A stretch of 64,000 nucleotides of DNA, taken from the NCBI GenBank assembly GCA_963833125.1, contig CAWHWX010000009.1, forward strand, positions 1 to 64,000, written 5' to 3'. Made by a program: the position numbers and the translations under genes. Below the pieces are notes generated by a model. It ran no database searches. It saw nothing but the letters and a program-made list of their open reading frames with translations, and had not been told where the DNA came from. The number at the start of each line of letters is the position of its first letter. Position 1 is the first letter of the stretch. Below are positions 42,685 through 53,681 of the stretch, one piece after another. The stretch is from Candidatus Bathyarchaeota archaeon. GTDB lineage: Archaea > Thermoproteota > Bathyarchaeia > 40CM-2-53-6.

Positions 42685-43483
42685 CTAAACGCCTGGTTTC
42701 TTCACACACACCATACACAAATGTCTCCCTTCGACCGGTAGTGTATCGTTTTCCATTTCCATCGACAGGCGTGCGGCGAAACTGTTGAACTTGGATGAGG
42801 GGTTAGGTTCCTTAGGCGAAATCAACGCGGGGTAGTAGACTCTCGTAAGCAGATAGTAGAGTGCGAACGTGGTCCGTTCAATGACTTTGAAATATTTTTC
42901 AAGCGTAGAACGAAACACCGATTCGTTCAGGTCCAGGTTTACGGCAATTGGTTTTATCGGCTTGAGGCCTAATTTTGCTCGCAACGAGTTGAGACTCGCA
43001 GGTACCCTTCCGCAATCCTTCGCAAAAAACGAATACTCCGCCAGGTTTCAAAAGCTCACATATGTTATGTACGGCCTTACGTTGGTTTTCTACGCTTCCA
43101 AGATTTATGAGGCATCTAAATGATACAACGCAATCAAAAGGAGCACTAATCCCTTCCAAAGTATCGCGTTCGAGGACGCTTGCCAAGTAGAATCCCAACT
43201 TTTCGTTCTGAAGACGCCGAGCATTATCAATCATGTTTCTGGAATAATCAATTCCTACAACCTTCCCCGCCACGTGCCTTGCCATTACATTTGTCCGCCG
43301 GCCGTTACCACATCCGATATCAAGAAGATGCTTAGGTCGGAAGCGTTTCAGGCATTTTTCTATGACAAAACGATTCTCCAAATCAACGAGATACGGATCA
43401 CTATGTGACCCGATCTTTGCTCGATCCCTTAGTGCCTGATTGTCCCAGTAACGCTTGATCTCCGAGATTTTCTTACCGGACAT
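42685..43483 (-). CDS. Class I SAM-dependent methyltransferase, frameshift near 43000
   Basis: LLDIGCGNG, GIDYS, RCLINL, LKPGG; second frame YYLLTRVYYP. Confidence 0.8.
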
Positions 43484-43622
43484 TCAGAATCACCCGAATG
43501 GTATCATTAAGTTACATGAATATTCACGAATGAAAAGATTCGTCAAACAAAACTTCCTATTTTTCTCGGTTCGTGTATGATTATAACCGACGAGGTAAAG
43601 AGATAAGCTTCCCGGTGTCATC

Positions 43623-44393
43623 GTGTATCGCGGCCTAAGAGTCTGCATCATAATCCCGGTCTTCAACGAACAAGACATGATCGGTTTTGTCTTGCGGACC
43701 TTGCCGCGCTTCGTTGACGTAGTCGTTGTCATCGATGATGGGTCAACCGACTCTAGTTACAACAACGCTATCGCGTACCAGTCTCGTTTTTCTCAATTTC
43801 TGCTCAGAAAGCATGCGAAGAACATGGGTTTCGGGGCTGCCTTGAAATCATGCTACATTACTTCCCTCGAGACAAGAGCGGATGTGGTCGTGCTAGTCGG
43901 GGGAGACGGCCAAATGGACCCACGAGATCTTCCGTCCCTTTTGGACCCGATAGTTGACGGTTCCGCGGACATCGTGAGCGGGGATAGGTTCTCGTCTCTG
44001 CGTGGAGCGAGAGAGAGTATGCCCAGAGACCGGCTTTCACTGAATCGGCTAGTTACGACTATTACAGCTGTAATCACGGGTTACCGAATTGCAGATGCAG
44101 AGTGCGGTTACTCTGCAATGAATCGGCGGTCTGTCGGAACGCTTGACTGGGCCGATATGAGCAACGGGTGGGGAATCGGATTAGAACGACTGATTCAACT
44201 CCGAAAACACGAGTTCTTACTTACGAATGTGCCGGTCCAAGCGATTTATAGAAGAAAAATATCCAAACTGCGATACCTTCCCTACCTCAGAGACTACGTT
44301 TCAGTCGCGTTCAGGCTTATGCCTCTATGGCTGCAATTCCCTTCCAAACCCGCCCGGGAAAGTCAGGTAAGGTTTCAAACTAATCAGTCATAG
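43623..44393 (+). CDS. Glycosyltransferase family 2 (DPM-like)
   Basis: IPVFNEQ, IDDGSTD, NMGFGAA, GDGQMDP, DAECGYSA. Confidence 0.9.
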   Translation: MYRGLRVCIIIPVFNEQDMIGFVLRTLPRFVDVVVVIDDGSTDSSYNNAIAYQSRFSQFLLRKHAKNMGFGAALKSCYITSLETRADVVVLVGGDGQMDPRDLPSLLDPIVDGSADIVSGDRFSSLRGARESMPRDRLSLNRLVTTITAVITGYRIADAECGYSAMNRRSVGTLDWADMSNGWGIGLERLIQLRKHEFLLTNVPVQAIYRRKISKLRYLPYLRDYVSVAFRLMPLWLQFPSKPARESQVRFQTNQS

Positions 44394-44425
44394 TCAAAAG
44401 GGTTACAATACCAACTTGCTGTGAA

Positions 44426-46117
44426 TCACGGTTCCGAACCTAGTACGAAAACATTTTCCTCATGGAACAATATGTGAAGAGGAAGCACGCTCGGATTATT
44501 TTCAAGCGCTGCCCAATCAGCGGGCACTCCCGGTTCGATTGCCACCAACAACACCGACCTATTTGCGGTGTGATTCAACCACTGATGCAGTGACGGTAGT
44601 GGCTGGAACAGATCTTGGGCGTTTGAAGGCGGGTGGAGTGAAATCGCGACCACCCAAAAGCATTCAGAGGCAATACATTGAACGGGAACATCATTAGGTA
44701 TATTTTGGTTGATCCAGATTGCGGCATCGTACACAGGATGGCTAAGCGGCGTCGCGTTCGCCTCAGCTACGAGCTGATTATCATCTCTTATTGCAAACCC
44801 AAAGTTCGCAAGAATCAGAATGAGTATCAAGAAAGGAATAATTGATCGCCTCCCCCTGTTCAGAATCGACCGAAAACTAACGCCATCTTCCCTGAACAAG
44901 TACGCAGCAATTCCAATTGAGGAAAAATCGCCGAGATACCCAGACTTCGTGAAGAAATAGGACCCGTACTTCATCACTGAGTCGAGAAGAAAGAGCGCTG
45001 CCGCTTGGCAAAGCACTACGGTGTGTAAGCATGGAACGACCAATTCGCCCAAACTGATTCGCCTCTGCTTGGTTAGCAGCAGAAATGAGATGAGGCCTGC
45101 TACTCCTAATGCACCGATTGGGATAAAGACAGGAAATGGCAGCGCGGGCGAGGAAGCGGGTAGATAGAAAGATAAGCGCTGTATGAACCATAGTATTCGT
45201 GGGAACGCAAGAGCTACCGACACGAGTAGCATCGTAGCAAAAGGTACAATCAAATTCCTACGACGCTTAACCAAGATAACAAGGAAAATAGTTGCGCTTG
45301 GGATAAGGGCCAGGTAGGGATAGGTTAACCAAATCGCAGCATATACTACTGATAGTAGAATCCAACCCTTCCTGTCTCCCCCGAAGGAACTTAGAAGTAG
45401 CAGACAGAAAGTCAAGGTTAGAAAGATTCCCATTAGTTGAGCGTAGTAGCCCGCGGCGAAAAGATCGAAAGTGTACGGGCAAGCGATCGCCAACCCCGCG
45501 ACTAGAGGAATGTATCGGATTCGGCATTTGACCGAATCAAGGCTCAAGAAAACAAGAGTACAAACTGCTAGCGCAATCAAGAATTCGTTGAATGGCTGGA
45601 AGACAAAAATCAACGGCACCCCAAGGTCTTTTGATAAGAAGCTGATGGTTGCGTGATATCCATACGGATACGAGTCTAGCCCCGACATGATCGGCGAATA
45701 CCAAGAAGGTAGTCCAGTGAGTTTTTGCGTCGTAACAATGCTGTTCGCTACCGCGTAATGTGCCCAAGCATCAACACCGTAGGAAGAAGGTAAGTCTGAA
45801 GGAAAAACCGCCTTGAACACTGCAACTACCGAGGCCAACACAATGACTAGAACGCACGTTTCAACTCGTTTCAACACAATTCGTGGTCGTACTCTGTACG
45901 CACCTACCGCAGCCAAAACGAGCAAGCACAAGAAAACCGTGAGAAACAGCGTTTCACTTAGGAGGAAACCTACTCCGCTAGCGAATTCCGAAGTAAGAAT
46001 GACTAGAGAAAACTCCAAGGCAACTCCACCCAGAACGACCTTGTGAATTTCCTCCCAACGCGTTGCCAACATAAGGAGAATGCAACTCGCAAACAGGCCT
46101 ATCAAGATCGCAATCAT
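44426..46117 (-). CDS. Polytopic membrane protein, probable GT-C-like glycosyltransferase
   Basis: DAWAHY first-loop motif, YPYGYH, many TM helices, WINQNIP C-terminal domain; same architecture as 15232-17331. Confidence 0.6.
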   Translation of the reverse strand: MIAILIGLFASCILLMLATRWEEIHKVVLGGVALEFSLVILTSEFASGVGFLLSETLFLTVFLCLLVLAAVGAYRVRPRIVLKRVETCVLVIVLASVVAVFKAVFPSDLPSSYGVDAWAHYAVANSIVTTQKLTGLPSWYSPIMSGLDSYPYGYHATISFLSKDLGVPLIFVFQPFNEFLIALAVCTLVFLSLDSVKCRIRYIPLVAGLAIACPYTFDLFAAGYYAQLMGIFLTLTFCLLLLSSFGGDRKGWILLSVVYAAIWLTYPYLALIPSATIFLVILVKRRRNLIVPFATMLLVSVALAFPRILWFIQRLSFYLPASSPALPFPVFIPIGALGVAGLISFLLLTKQRRISLGELVVPCLHTVVLCQAAALFLLDSVMKYGSYFFTKSGYLGDFSSIGIAAYLFREDGVSFRSILNRGRRSIIPFLILILILANFGFAIRDDNQLVAEANATPLSHPVYDAAIWINQNIPNDVPVQCIASECFWVVAISLHPPSNAQDLFQPLPSLHQWLNHTANRSVLLVAIEPGVPADWAALENNPSVLPLHILFHEENVFVLGSEP

Positions 46118-46221
46118 GAAAGAGTACCATCATTGTAGCATTGGGACCCTACAACAGCTCTGGAACTGGCAGGCACTCGCGCAACTCTCTACACTCAGGC
46201 AAAGATCGCAACGCTTGGCTA

Positions 46222-46254
46222 CATTCGCAAGGAGAGCACTATATTTGCCTTAAC
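46222..46254 (-). promoter_or_regulatory. 33-bp promoter-like element, copy 2
   Basis: cattcgcaaggagagcactatatttgccttaac, 31/33 identical to 40483-40515. Confidence 0.6.
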
Positions 46255-46295
46255 CGCAAGCGTATGTACCTGACTAAGCGGCAAGAGGCCCATCA

Positions 46296-47441
46296 TTGAA
46301 GATTTGTATGGTCAATAGTTACTTTCCTCCGTGGAGGGGAGGCGCGGAAACATATGTTCACGAACTCTCAAAAGCCCTAGCGACCCGCGGACACGACGTC
46401 ACAGTACTTTGCACATCGGACCCCCTCAAACCCGGAACATACTATGTGGATGGGGTTCGGGTTAGGAGGCTGCGACAGTTAACTAGACTCTATGGAACGC
46501 CGGTTCAAGCAGGCCTTTTGAGAGAACTGCACGATTGTGACCCCGACATTTTCCATGCCAACTTTCCCAGCCCATACCTCGCATTCACCGTCGCCATTGG
46601 ATCATTCTTCAGAAAGATTCCAACCGTTTTGACGTGGCATAATGATCTTCCACCCGTAACATCCGGGGCGCGGTTCTTGATTGAAGCACACAACCGACTC
46701 GTCCTGCCCGAATACATCCGAGAATACCGAAAGATTATCGCCACTTCCGAAACATACCGGCGGATCTCACCAATTCTGCTGGGGCAAGGACCACGTGTTA
46801 TTGTAATTAACAATGGTGTCGACTGCAGGAGATTCAATCCAGGCGTGGACCCATCACTTGTTCAGAACAGGTTTGGGACGAAAGGCCGGTTCGTTGTGTT
46901 ATTCGTTGGAGCTTTGACGTGTTGGCACGGTTACAAGGGACTTCGCGTGTTGTTGAAGGCAATGAAACTGGTGGCGGAATCAGTTCCCGACGCCTTACTT
47001 TTGGTTGTAGGCGACGGCGACCTTAGGGCACAATACGAAAGCGAGACACATGATTTGGGACTCTCAGGGAATGTTCTCTTTGTTGGTGACGCACCCGATG
47101 AGGAATTACCTGCATACTACGCCGCTTCTGACTTGCTCGTCTTGCCTAGCGAAGACATGTCTGAAGGCTTCGGCTTAACTTTGCTTGAAGCCAACGCTTC
47201 CGGCCGCCCATGTATCGGGAGCAACACTGGTGGAATCCCGGAAGTGATCCATGATGGGATTAACGGATTTCTCGTACCGCCGAAGGATCCGAACACCCTA
47301 GCCCGAAGAGTGGTCGACATGGCAGGTAACGCGAAAGCTAGGGAGAAGATGGGTATGAATGGTCGAAAGATTGCCTTGTCTCATGATTGGGAAATTGTCG
47401 CAAGAAATACCGAGTATGTGTATAATGCTGCAATGGCTTAA
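46296..47441 (+). CDS. Glycosyltransferase family 4
   Basis: FPPWRGGAE, FVGAL...YKG, LPSEDMSEGFGLTLLEA, GGIPE. Confidence 0.9.
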   Translation: MKICMVNSYFPPWRGGAETYVHELSKALATRGHDVTVLCTSDPLKPGTYYVDGVRVRRLRQLTRLYGTPVQAGLLRELHDCDPDIFHANFPSPYLAFTVAIGSFFRKIPTVLTWHNDLPPVTSGARFLIEAHNRLVLPEYIREYRKIIATSETYRRISPILLGQGPRVIVINNGVDCRRFNPGVDPSLVQNRFGTKGRFVVLFVGALTCWHGYKGLRVLLKAMKLVAESVPDALLLVVGDGDLRAQYESETHDLGLSGNVLFVGDAPDEELPAYYAASDLLVLPSEDMSEGFGLTLLEANASGRPCIGSNTGGIPEVIHDGINGFLVPPKDPNTLARRVVDMAGNAKAREKMGMNGRKIALSHDWEIVARNTEYVYNAAMA

Positions 47442-47531
47442 TCAGCCAGTGAAAGAGTCCGGCCTGATCGCACTGAACAATTCACTTTTCAGAAAGATAA
47501 TGAAAGGGATTTTTCGCGCTAGGCGGTAGCA

Positions 47532-48443
47532 TTACGCCCATCGCCTTTCTCTAACTATCGTTATCATCGTGAATAGGATTATGCCGGTGAAGAGTGATAA
47601 TAAGCCTATGAGACCGGACGCTATGGAAACCAGTGCTAGGTTCGTTATTACTCGGCCGTAGTTTTGATAATAGTTCAAAGTCAGTATGCCATAGAATAAT
47701 GAGTTTGCTAACGCGATCAAGGCGAATCCCCCGTAGAACAGCAGCGGATGCCTGATAGACACGAACTTTACGACACTGAAAAAGACATCAAAAGCATGCA
47801 TAATGGGGTTATGTGTTGAAGAGTCAAGGCCGGAGTACGCCGCCGCAATAGGCACTTCGACAATTCGCATTCCCGCCCGATCAGCCTTCATGATAATTTC
47901 CGAGTCGACTCCCATGCCAAACTCAGCCGCCACAAGGTTATCGATCGCCCTCCGAGAATAAGCTCTGAACCCACTCTGGGCGTCAACGAATCTGTCTCCG
48001 ATCTTAACTTGAGTAGCTACGTCTAGCACTCGTGCTCCAGCCCATCGATGGCGTGGCATATCGTTGGGTCTGGCTGTGCGACTTGCTATCACCACATCAG
48101 CCTCTCCCATCTCCATTGCATCTAGGAGTAAAGGAATCTTCGACGGATCATGCTGTCCGTCAGCATCTAAGGTCACGAGAACATCCACCCCATTTCGCTT
48201 GGCCCATTCGAAACAATCTCTCAACCCCGCCCCTTTACCAAGATTCTTTTCATGCCTGACCACTGCAGCGCCCAATCCCTGCGCAATAAGGCCTGTATCG
48301 TCGCTACTCCCATCGTCGACCACTAAAACCCCGTTAGCGTACTTTTGGGATCTCACAATTACCTTCGCAATCGTCGCTTCTTCATTAAATGCGGGTATGC
48401 CAACGACGACGTTCAAACGAGCCACAAGGTGAATACTGCCCAT
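47532..48443 (-). CDS. GT2 Dol-P-sugar synthase-like glycosyltransferase with two C-terminal TM helices
   Basis: IPAFNEE, DDGSSD, DADGQHDP, DAQSGFRA. Confidence 0.9.
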   Translation of the reverse strand: MGSIHLVARLNVVVGIPAFNEEATIAKVIVRSQKYANGVLVVDDGSSDDTGLIAQGLGAAVVRHEKNLGKGAGLRDCFEWAKRNGVDVLVTLDADGQHDPSKIPLLLDAMEMGEADVVIASRTARPNDMPRHRWAGARVLDVATQVKIGDRFVDAQSGFRAYSRRAIDNLVAAEFGMGVDSEIIMKADRAGMRIVEVPIAAAYSGLDSSTHNPIMHAFDVFFSVVKFVSIRHPLLFYGGFALIALANSLFYGILTLNYYQNYGRVITNLALVSIASGLIGLLSLFTGIILFTMITIVRERRWA

Positions 48444-48497
48444 CGCTGCTTAAAATCTCATAACTGACAACCCAGTCACTACTGATGAAAACAGCTG

Positions 48498-48998
48498 GTG
48501 CGAACGTTTCAGCCTCCAAAACTCGGCGTGGCACAACAAAAATGGATACCTACTAAACTTTGGAATGAAATCGTCGAGAAAATGCCGATTCCTTGCGTGG
48601 ATATAATCTTTCAACGGCCTAACAATTCTATCTTGTATGGTTGGCGGCTAATCCCTCCTTATCGAAATGTTTGGGCACTCGTTGGGGGCCGAATACTTCA
48701 TCGCGAAAATCTTCTCCAATCTGCTTCCAGAATCGCTAAGGAATACGACCTAGTTATCGGACGGCTTTATCTCAATGGAGTCTTTCCAGTCAATTTCCCG
48801 AACAGAGCTGATGTAGTAATCTCCCTCGCTGCTCGTGCGATATCGGGCGAGGCGCGAGTTGACGAGTATGAGTTTTCAAAATTCATATGGGCAACAAGGC
48901 CTCCTAAGAGATCTGGACGAAACTACCGTCGTATGGTTAGCAACTGGAATCAAGTTTCCAAATCGAAGGAATTCCTTCGCCTCAACCGTATCGCATAA
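48498..48998 (+). CDS. NUDIX-fold protein, GDP-mannose mannosyl hydrolase-like
   Basis: MPIPCVDII, WALVGGRILHRENLLQSASRIAKE variant Nudix box; glycosylation context. Confidence 0.7.
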   Translation: MRTFQPPKLGVAQQKWIPTKLWNEIVEKMPIPCVDIIFQRPNNSILYGWRLIPPYRNVWALVGGRILHRENLLQSASRIAKEYDLVIGRLYLNGVFPVNFPNRADVVISLAARAISGEARVDEYEFSKFIWATRPPKRSGRNYRRMVSNWNQVSKSKEFLRLNRIA

Positions 48999-49018
48999 AC
49001 CGAATGACTTAGAGAGAC

Positions 49019-50420
49019 CTATTTGACGAATGTTGGATCTCGCGTTCCCACAATGATTGAAGGTATCACAAACAACGCTAGGCTTGGGATGGCCACCCAG
49101 TCAAACAACCATTGTGGCATCTTAGTCCTGAGATTTGTCACTCCAACTGCGATGAAATAGAAGGCTGGGTAATACAGAAATTCAGCAAACCTCTCATCCA
49201 GGTTCGAAAGTCCAACGAACCTGCCGATCGGAGCATAAGTCGCCAAAAATCCGACTGCAAGGGCGACGGAGATTAACCAACTTAAAGCAACAACCAACCC
49301 CACCCCTCGAGGTTTTTCCCTCAAGTTACTTCGAAGCCCGTAGAGGGTAAGAATCGCGAAAGGAATCTTCCATCCATGCAGCAATAGAAAAGATGCAGGG
49401 CTTCCGTAAATCAAAACAATATACGAGGAATATTTCAGCAGAACAAGCCCAACACCTGCTGCCAGCGCAACAGCAAGGATGAGATACGCCACTCTCTCGT
49501 TAACTAGCATCACATCCCACTTCCCGCTGGCTGCGGACGTAAGCCACAGCCAAAGAAACAAAAACGATCACGACCCCAGCGGAAAAGAACAGCACGAAGA
49601 AATTGCTTCCAAATGTACCTGGTAGAATGTTGAATGGGTAGGCTCCGAACAATTCCACTCTCCAGATCCTGTACAAATCCGGCAAAGCAAATCTTAGGAA
49701 TAGCCCGTAGATTCCAAAGGCGAGGACTGTGTACACGGCGGTCCACAGATTCGCCTTCCGCAAGATCATCAGTAACGATAGTGTCAAGAGGAGAACTACG
49801 TAGGTTATCGGGGTGTGGAAGAGAAGGATGAGAAATGTTACTGCCATGATGCGAAGCAAAACTTGAACGCCCGGCTGCTCGAAGAGAATTTTCATGTCAC
49901 GCATTGCTAAGGGGAGTAGGAATAATCCGAATAGAGTCGGACGCGCGATGGTTGTGGAATAAATCATAACATCCGACATGGAGACGAGGACTACTCCAAC
50001 CATCGCCACCACGTAGCTTCCTTTGGCGAAGCTAGAATACATTCCAAAAGCCGGCAGTACGTACAAGCAACCTAAACCGATCGCCAATACGACCAGGGCT
50101 GTCGCATGGTTCAATTGAAGGAGCTGGCCGAAGAGTGCGGAAGCGTAGAAGATTCCCGGGCCTTGGGCAAGCGTTGTCACTGGAATCGTACTATTAGCTT
50201 GGTATGTGGCAAGGGAGGTTAACCAGAAAGTCTCATCCCCTGCACGCAAAGGGAAGTACGGTAGGTAGTATCGGTCGAATAGTTTCAATATCAACTGAGC
50301 AACCACCATCAATACTAGAACCACTCCGACGTTTCTCAGTCTGTTTGAGAAGCAGAGGCGCAAGCTGATGATTGTGAAAATGTAGAAAGCGAGCCAGATC
50401 AATACGATGTCCAGAAACAT
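49019..50420 (-). CDS. Polytopic membrane protein (GT-C-like candidate), frameshift near 49540
   Basis: AGDETFW loop, many TM segments, ERFAEFLY; ORFs 49500-50420 and 49019-49561. Confidence 0.55.
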
Positions 50421-50817
50421 GCAACAGACACGGCATTCAGATTCTCAGGTGGAAATACAAGGGTTTGGGAAGGAGCTTGAAAATCATGGGAAGCTGCCGG
50501 TGAGGCCGGCGTTCCACAACGCGGCTCTAGTCACGAATGGAATACCTGTCATCACACAACCATACACACGCCAGCGAATGCCAAGTATCAGCGCTAGGGG
50601 CATGGCCAACCTGCAGCGAGATGTTAAGATGCTCGTGAATTGGCTATTTTTCAAGGCCTTGATACTTCATTGTGAGTGGTATTGTTTGAGCTATATCACA
50701 TAGTGTACAATGGCATGAATTTTGAGCCGAGAGAGTGATGCTTCCATGAAACTCACCATCCGCCTCCATGAGAGGCATCAAGTTTTTCACACCTGACCTC
50801 TTTCATGAGCTAGATGA

Positions 50818-51627
50818 GTGCTTAGGATGAGTTTTCAATTGAAGCTAAATCTAGAGTATGTAGCTTGTCCTGCGCTGATCGGGCTTCTCGTTCTCGCGTA
50901 TTCAACCCCCGTCTTTGCACAGCAGGCGAGCCTTTACTTTCATGACAACTCAGAGATATCATTCTCTTACCCGTCATTTCAGTTCGCGGGCTTCCAAGTG
51001 TCAGGTATCCAAGCAAGTCCCTCGAGTTCGAGTGCGCGAGTATTCGAATTCGCAACTCCTAGCGCACCAACTGGAAGTGGGATGGCTGTGACGATGTCGG
51101 CTACGATCTCCGTTTCAAGCCAACCCCAAGTTTACGCCGCCTTTGTAGCGTGGGTATCGAACCCATTCCCTTCCGCTGTAACCCTTGACGGCAATGTGAT
51201 AATGCATGTTTGGATGAGCAGCAATGACTCGTTGTTGCCATGGGAAGGTTCTGAGTTCTTTATGGGAGTAGCAGATTACTCGCCAACGAATTCAACGCAG
51301 TTCCAGCTTCTAGACGATTACCAGAGCAACGTCACCCTTGGGTACAACGGGTTCACTGGTTCACCAAATGAATACCTCATCAACACCATGAGGATTAATC
51401 AACACCAATTTCAGGCGGGTAGCATGCTGATGTTTATCGTGGGCGCGGGGTCTAACAAGCAGGGGTTGAGTTTCACGGTTTACTTCGACAGCCCCACTTG
51501 GCAATCCCGTGCCGACGTGCCAGCCGACCCAAGTCTAACTGTGCCCGAATTCCCTAACCTACTCCCGATAATCCTATCGACACTACTCCTGCTGCCGATC
51601 GTTCAGGTCAAACGTAGAAGGACTTGA
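50818..51627 (+). CDS. PEF-CTERM secreted surface protein
   Basis: Signal peptide ending VFAQ; C-terminal VPEFPNLLPIILSTLLLLPIVQVKRRRT. Confidence 0.8.
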   Translation: MLRMSFQLKLNLEYVACPALIGLLVLAYSTPVFAQQASLYFHDNSEISFSYPSFQFAGFQVSGIQASPSSSSARVFEFATPSAPTGSGMAVTMSATISVSSQPQVYAAFVAWVSNPFPSAVTLDGNVIMHVWMSSNDSLLPWEGSEFFMGVADYSPTNSTQFQLLDDYQSNVTLGYNGFTGSPNEYLINTMRINQHQFQAGSMLMFIVGAGSNKQGLSFTVYFDSPTWQSRADVPADPSLTVPEFPNLLPIILSTLLLLPIVQVKRRRT

Positions 51628-51657
51628 CTCGGGTAGGCGAGTTGGGATGGGTGGGCT

Positions 51658-52446
51658 TTGAAGCCTCTGATTACTCTGCTGACAGACTTCGGACTTCAGG
51701 ACTCATATGTGGCTGAAATGAAAGGGGTCGTCCTCTCAATTTGTCCCGACGCCAACCTCGTCGACATCACCCACCACGTTGGGAAATTTAACATACGGAT
51801 GGGCGCCTTCATCCTAGCCAACACAACCCCATACTTCCCTCCGCGAACAATCCACCTCGCCGTTGTGGACCCAGGCGTAGGCAGCACCCGCGCAATCGTC
51901 GTAGAATCGAGCCGCTCCCTGTATGTTGGGCCGGACAATGGGTTACTTATTCCAGCCGCCACGGCCGAAGAGATCCAGCACGTCTACGAGTTGACCAACC
52001 ACTCATTGGTGAGGAACCCAGGCTCCTCCACCTTTCAAGGACGGGATATTTTCAGCCCGATGGCAGCCAACCTAGCCTTGGGATTACAACCCAAAGAAAT
52101 TGGACCGGAGATCAAGGATTATGTGAAACTATCATTTGCCAGGGCAAAGTACGAACGCAGAGGGTTTCTTTGCGAAGTTATTCACATAGACGGCTTCGGG
52201 AATGTCATAACCAACATCACGCAAAAAGAAATGAACAAACTGGACGGCCACGCAAGGTTGGTGGTGAGGGTAGGCGGAAAACATTTTCCGGCTAGGGTAG
52301 TTGGAACATTCTCAGAGTTGAGGAAGCGAGAGTTGGGTGTTTTAGTTGGGAGTTATGGTTTTCTCGAGATCGCAAGTCTTGAAGCTAGTGCAGCTAAGAA
52401 GCTTGGGGTTAGAATCGGTTATGCCCTTCGCGTTGGTGGTGCCTAG
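51658..52446 (+). CDS. SAM hydrolase / SAM-dependent halogenase family (DUF62)
   Basis: ITLLTDFG, VVDPGVGS, VGPDNGLL, STFQGRDIF, IDGFGNVITN. Confidence 0.9.
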   Translation: MKPLITLLTDFGLQDSYVAEMKGVVLSICPDANLVDITHHVGKFNIRMGAFILANTTPYFPPRTIHLAVVDPGVGSTRAIVVESSRSLYVGPDNGLLIPAATAEEIQHVYELTNHSLVRNPGSSTFQGRDIFSPMAANLALGLQPKEIGPEIKDYVKLSFARAKYERRGFLCEVIHIDGFGNVITNITQKEMNKLDGHARLVVRVGGKHFPARVVGTFSELRKRELGVLVGSYGFLEIASLEASAAKKLGVRIGYALRVGGA

Positions 52447-52976
52447 GGTCATCGCTCAATGTTAGCTCTCTCAACCTCTCATCTCCGAATATGCTTTTGA
52501 TGTATCCTGCTACCGACGTTGGGACTAGTTTTTCCCAGCTGTCGCCGTTAACCACTCGTTCTCTAATCTCGGTTGAGGAGTAGGTTTCGCCGGTCGTAGA
52601 ATGGAATCGGTTCAACTCTGAACCCCGCTTCCTTGAGCAGACGTGACGTTACGGGTTCATTGGAAAATACCGCTTCGAACTTTGGGGTTTGGGATACGAG
52701 GTGTGAGACCCAGAGATCATGTATGCGAAGATCACGGATGGGAATGAGATAGTATTTTGCAGCGTCAATCTTCGCTTCATCCAAAGCGAGCCTAATCATA
52801 GTGACCCGCTCGCCAGCGGTAAACGGGTTGTGAAGGGTGTGACTGAACTGGGCGCTCCCAATCGCGATAATAATTTCCGGTACGCTGTTCAGGATATACT
52901 TGACACATTGTAAGTGGCCTAAATGAAAGGGCTGAAACCTACCAATGAGCAGCCCACGATTCCCGTTGACTTTCAA
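52409..52976 (-). CDS. nadM: Nicotinamide-nucleotide adenylyltransferase, frameshift near 52590
   Basis: GRFQPFHLGH, IGSAQ, NPFTAGER, SSTEIR...WEKLVP. Confidence 0.9.
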
Positions 52977-52988
52977 GTCACGGTTCCT

Positions 52989-53585
52989 TCATTTTGGTGG
53001 TACCCACATTGACTTCTCCGAAACCTTTTGGTTTTGAAATTTGACGCCCTCAAGCTCAAGCAACCTACGTTTCATGTAGGTGCCAGTTGAAGGTTCACGA
53101 CCTCCCATCCCATAATTTCCAACTTTACCTGAAACGGGCACAACCCTGTGGCAAGGAACTATGAGGGGGAACGGGTTCTTAGCGACCGCAGTTCCAACCG
53201 CACGCGAATACCGCTTTCCTCCAAGCCTTCGAGCTATTGCCCCATACGTCGTCACCCGGCCACGTGGAATCTTACAAAGTAACTTGTAGACATCCCTTCG
53301 GAAAGTAGAAAGATTTGATAGGTCTAGGTTGCGCAAGTCCGCTACCTCGCCCTTACCACCGAGGAACTTGTGGAGCGTGCGGAAACTTGGATCAGCTCGA
53401 CCCATATTCGAGGCTTTCGGGAACTTCGCAGGCAAAGCGTTCCGAACAGACCTTTCCGCTTCTCCGCGGCTCCTGTCTGAGAAGGAACAAGCGACCATCT
53501 TCCCGTTAGGATTTAGGGCTACGGAAAACCATATTCCTCCTCGCTTCACCGATTCGACCTCTTTCACGAATGACCGCCTTGTCAC
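52989..53585 (-). CDS. ogt: Methylated-DNA-protein-cysteine methyltransferase
   Basis: IPRGRVTTYG, RAVGTA, IVPCHRVV, KRRLLELEG. Confidence 0.92.
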   Translation of the reverse strand: MTRRSFVKEVESVKRGGIWFSVALNPNGKMVACSFSDRSRGEAERSVRNALPAKFPKASNMGRADPSFRTLHKFLGGKGEVADLRNLDLSNLSTFRRDVYKLLCKIPRGRVTTYGAIARRLGGKRYSRAVGTAVAKNPFPLIVPCHRVVPVSGKVGNYGMGGREPSTGTYMKRRLLELEGVKFQNQKVSEKSMWVPPK

Positions 53586-53681
53586 GTTTCAGTATGCGAT
53601 AGGTCGCTAGATAAAGGGTGAGTAGAAGGTAAATTACTTTCATTAGTCTCTGTAGTTGATTAATCCTCCATTACCTTCTAG

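Noticed and set aside
50407-50703. 98-aa + strand ORF
   Set aside because: No motif, overlaps the start of the opposite-strand gene, and coding status cannot be supported.
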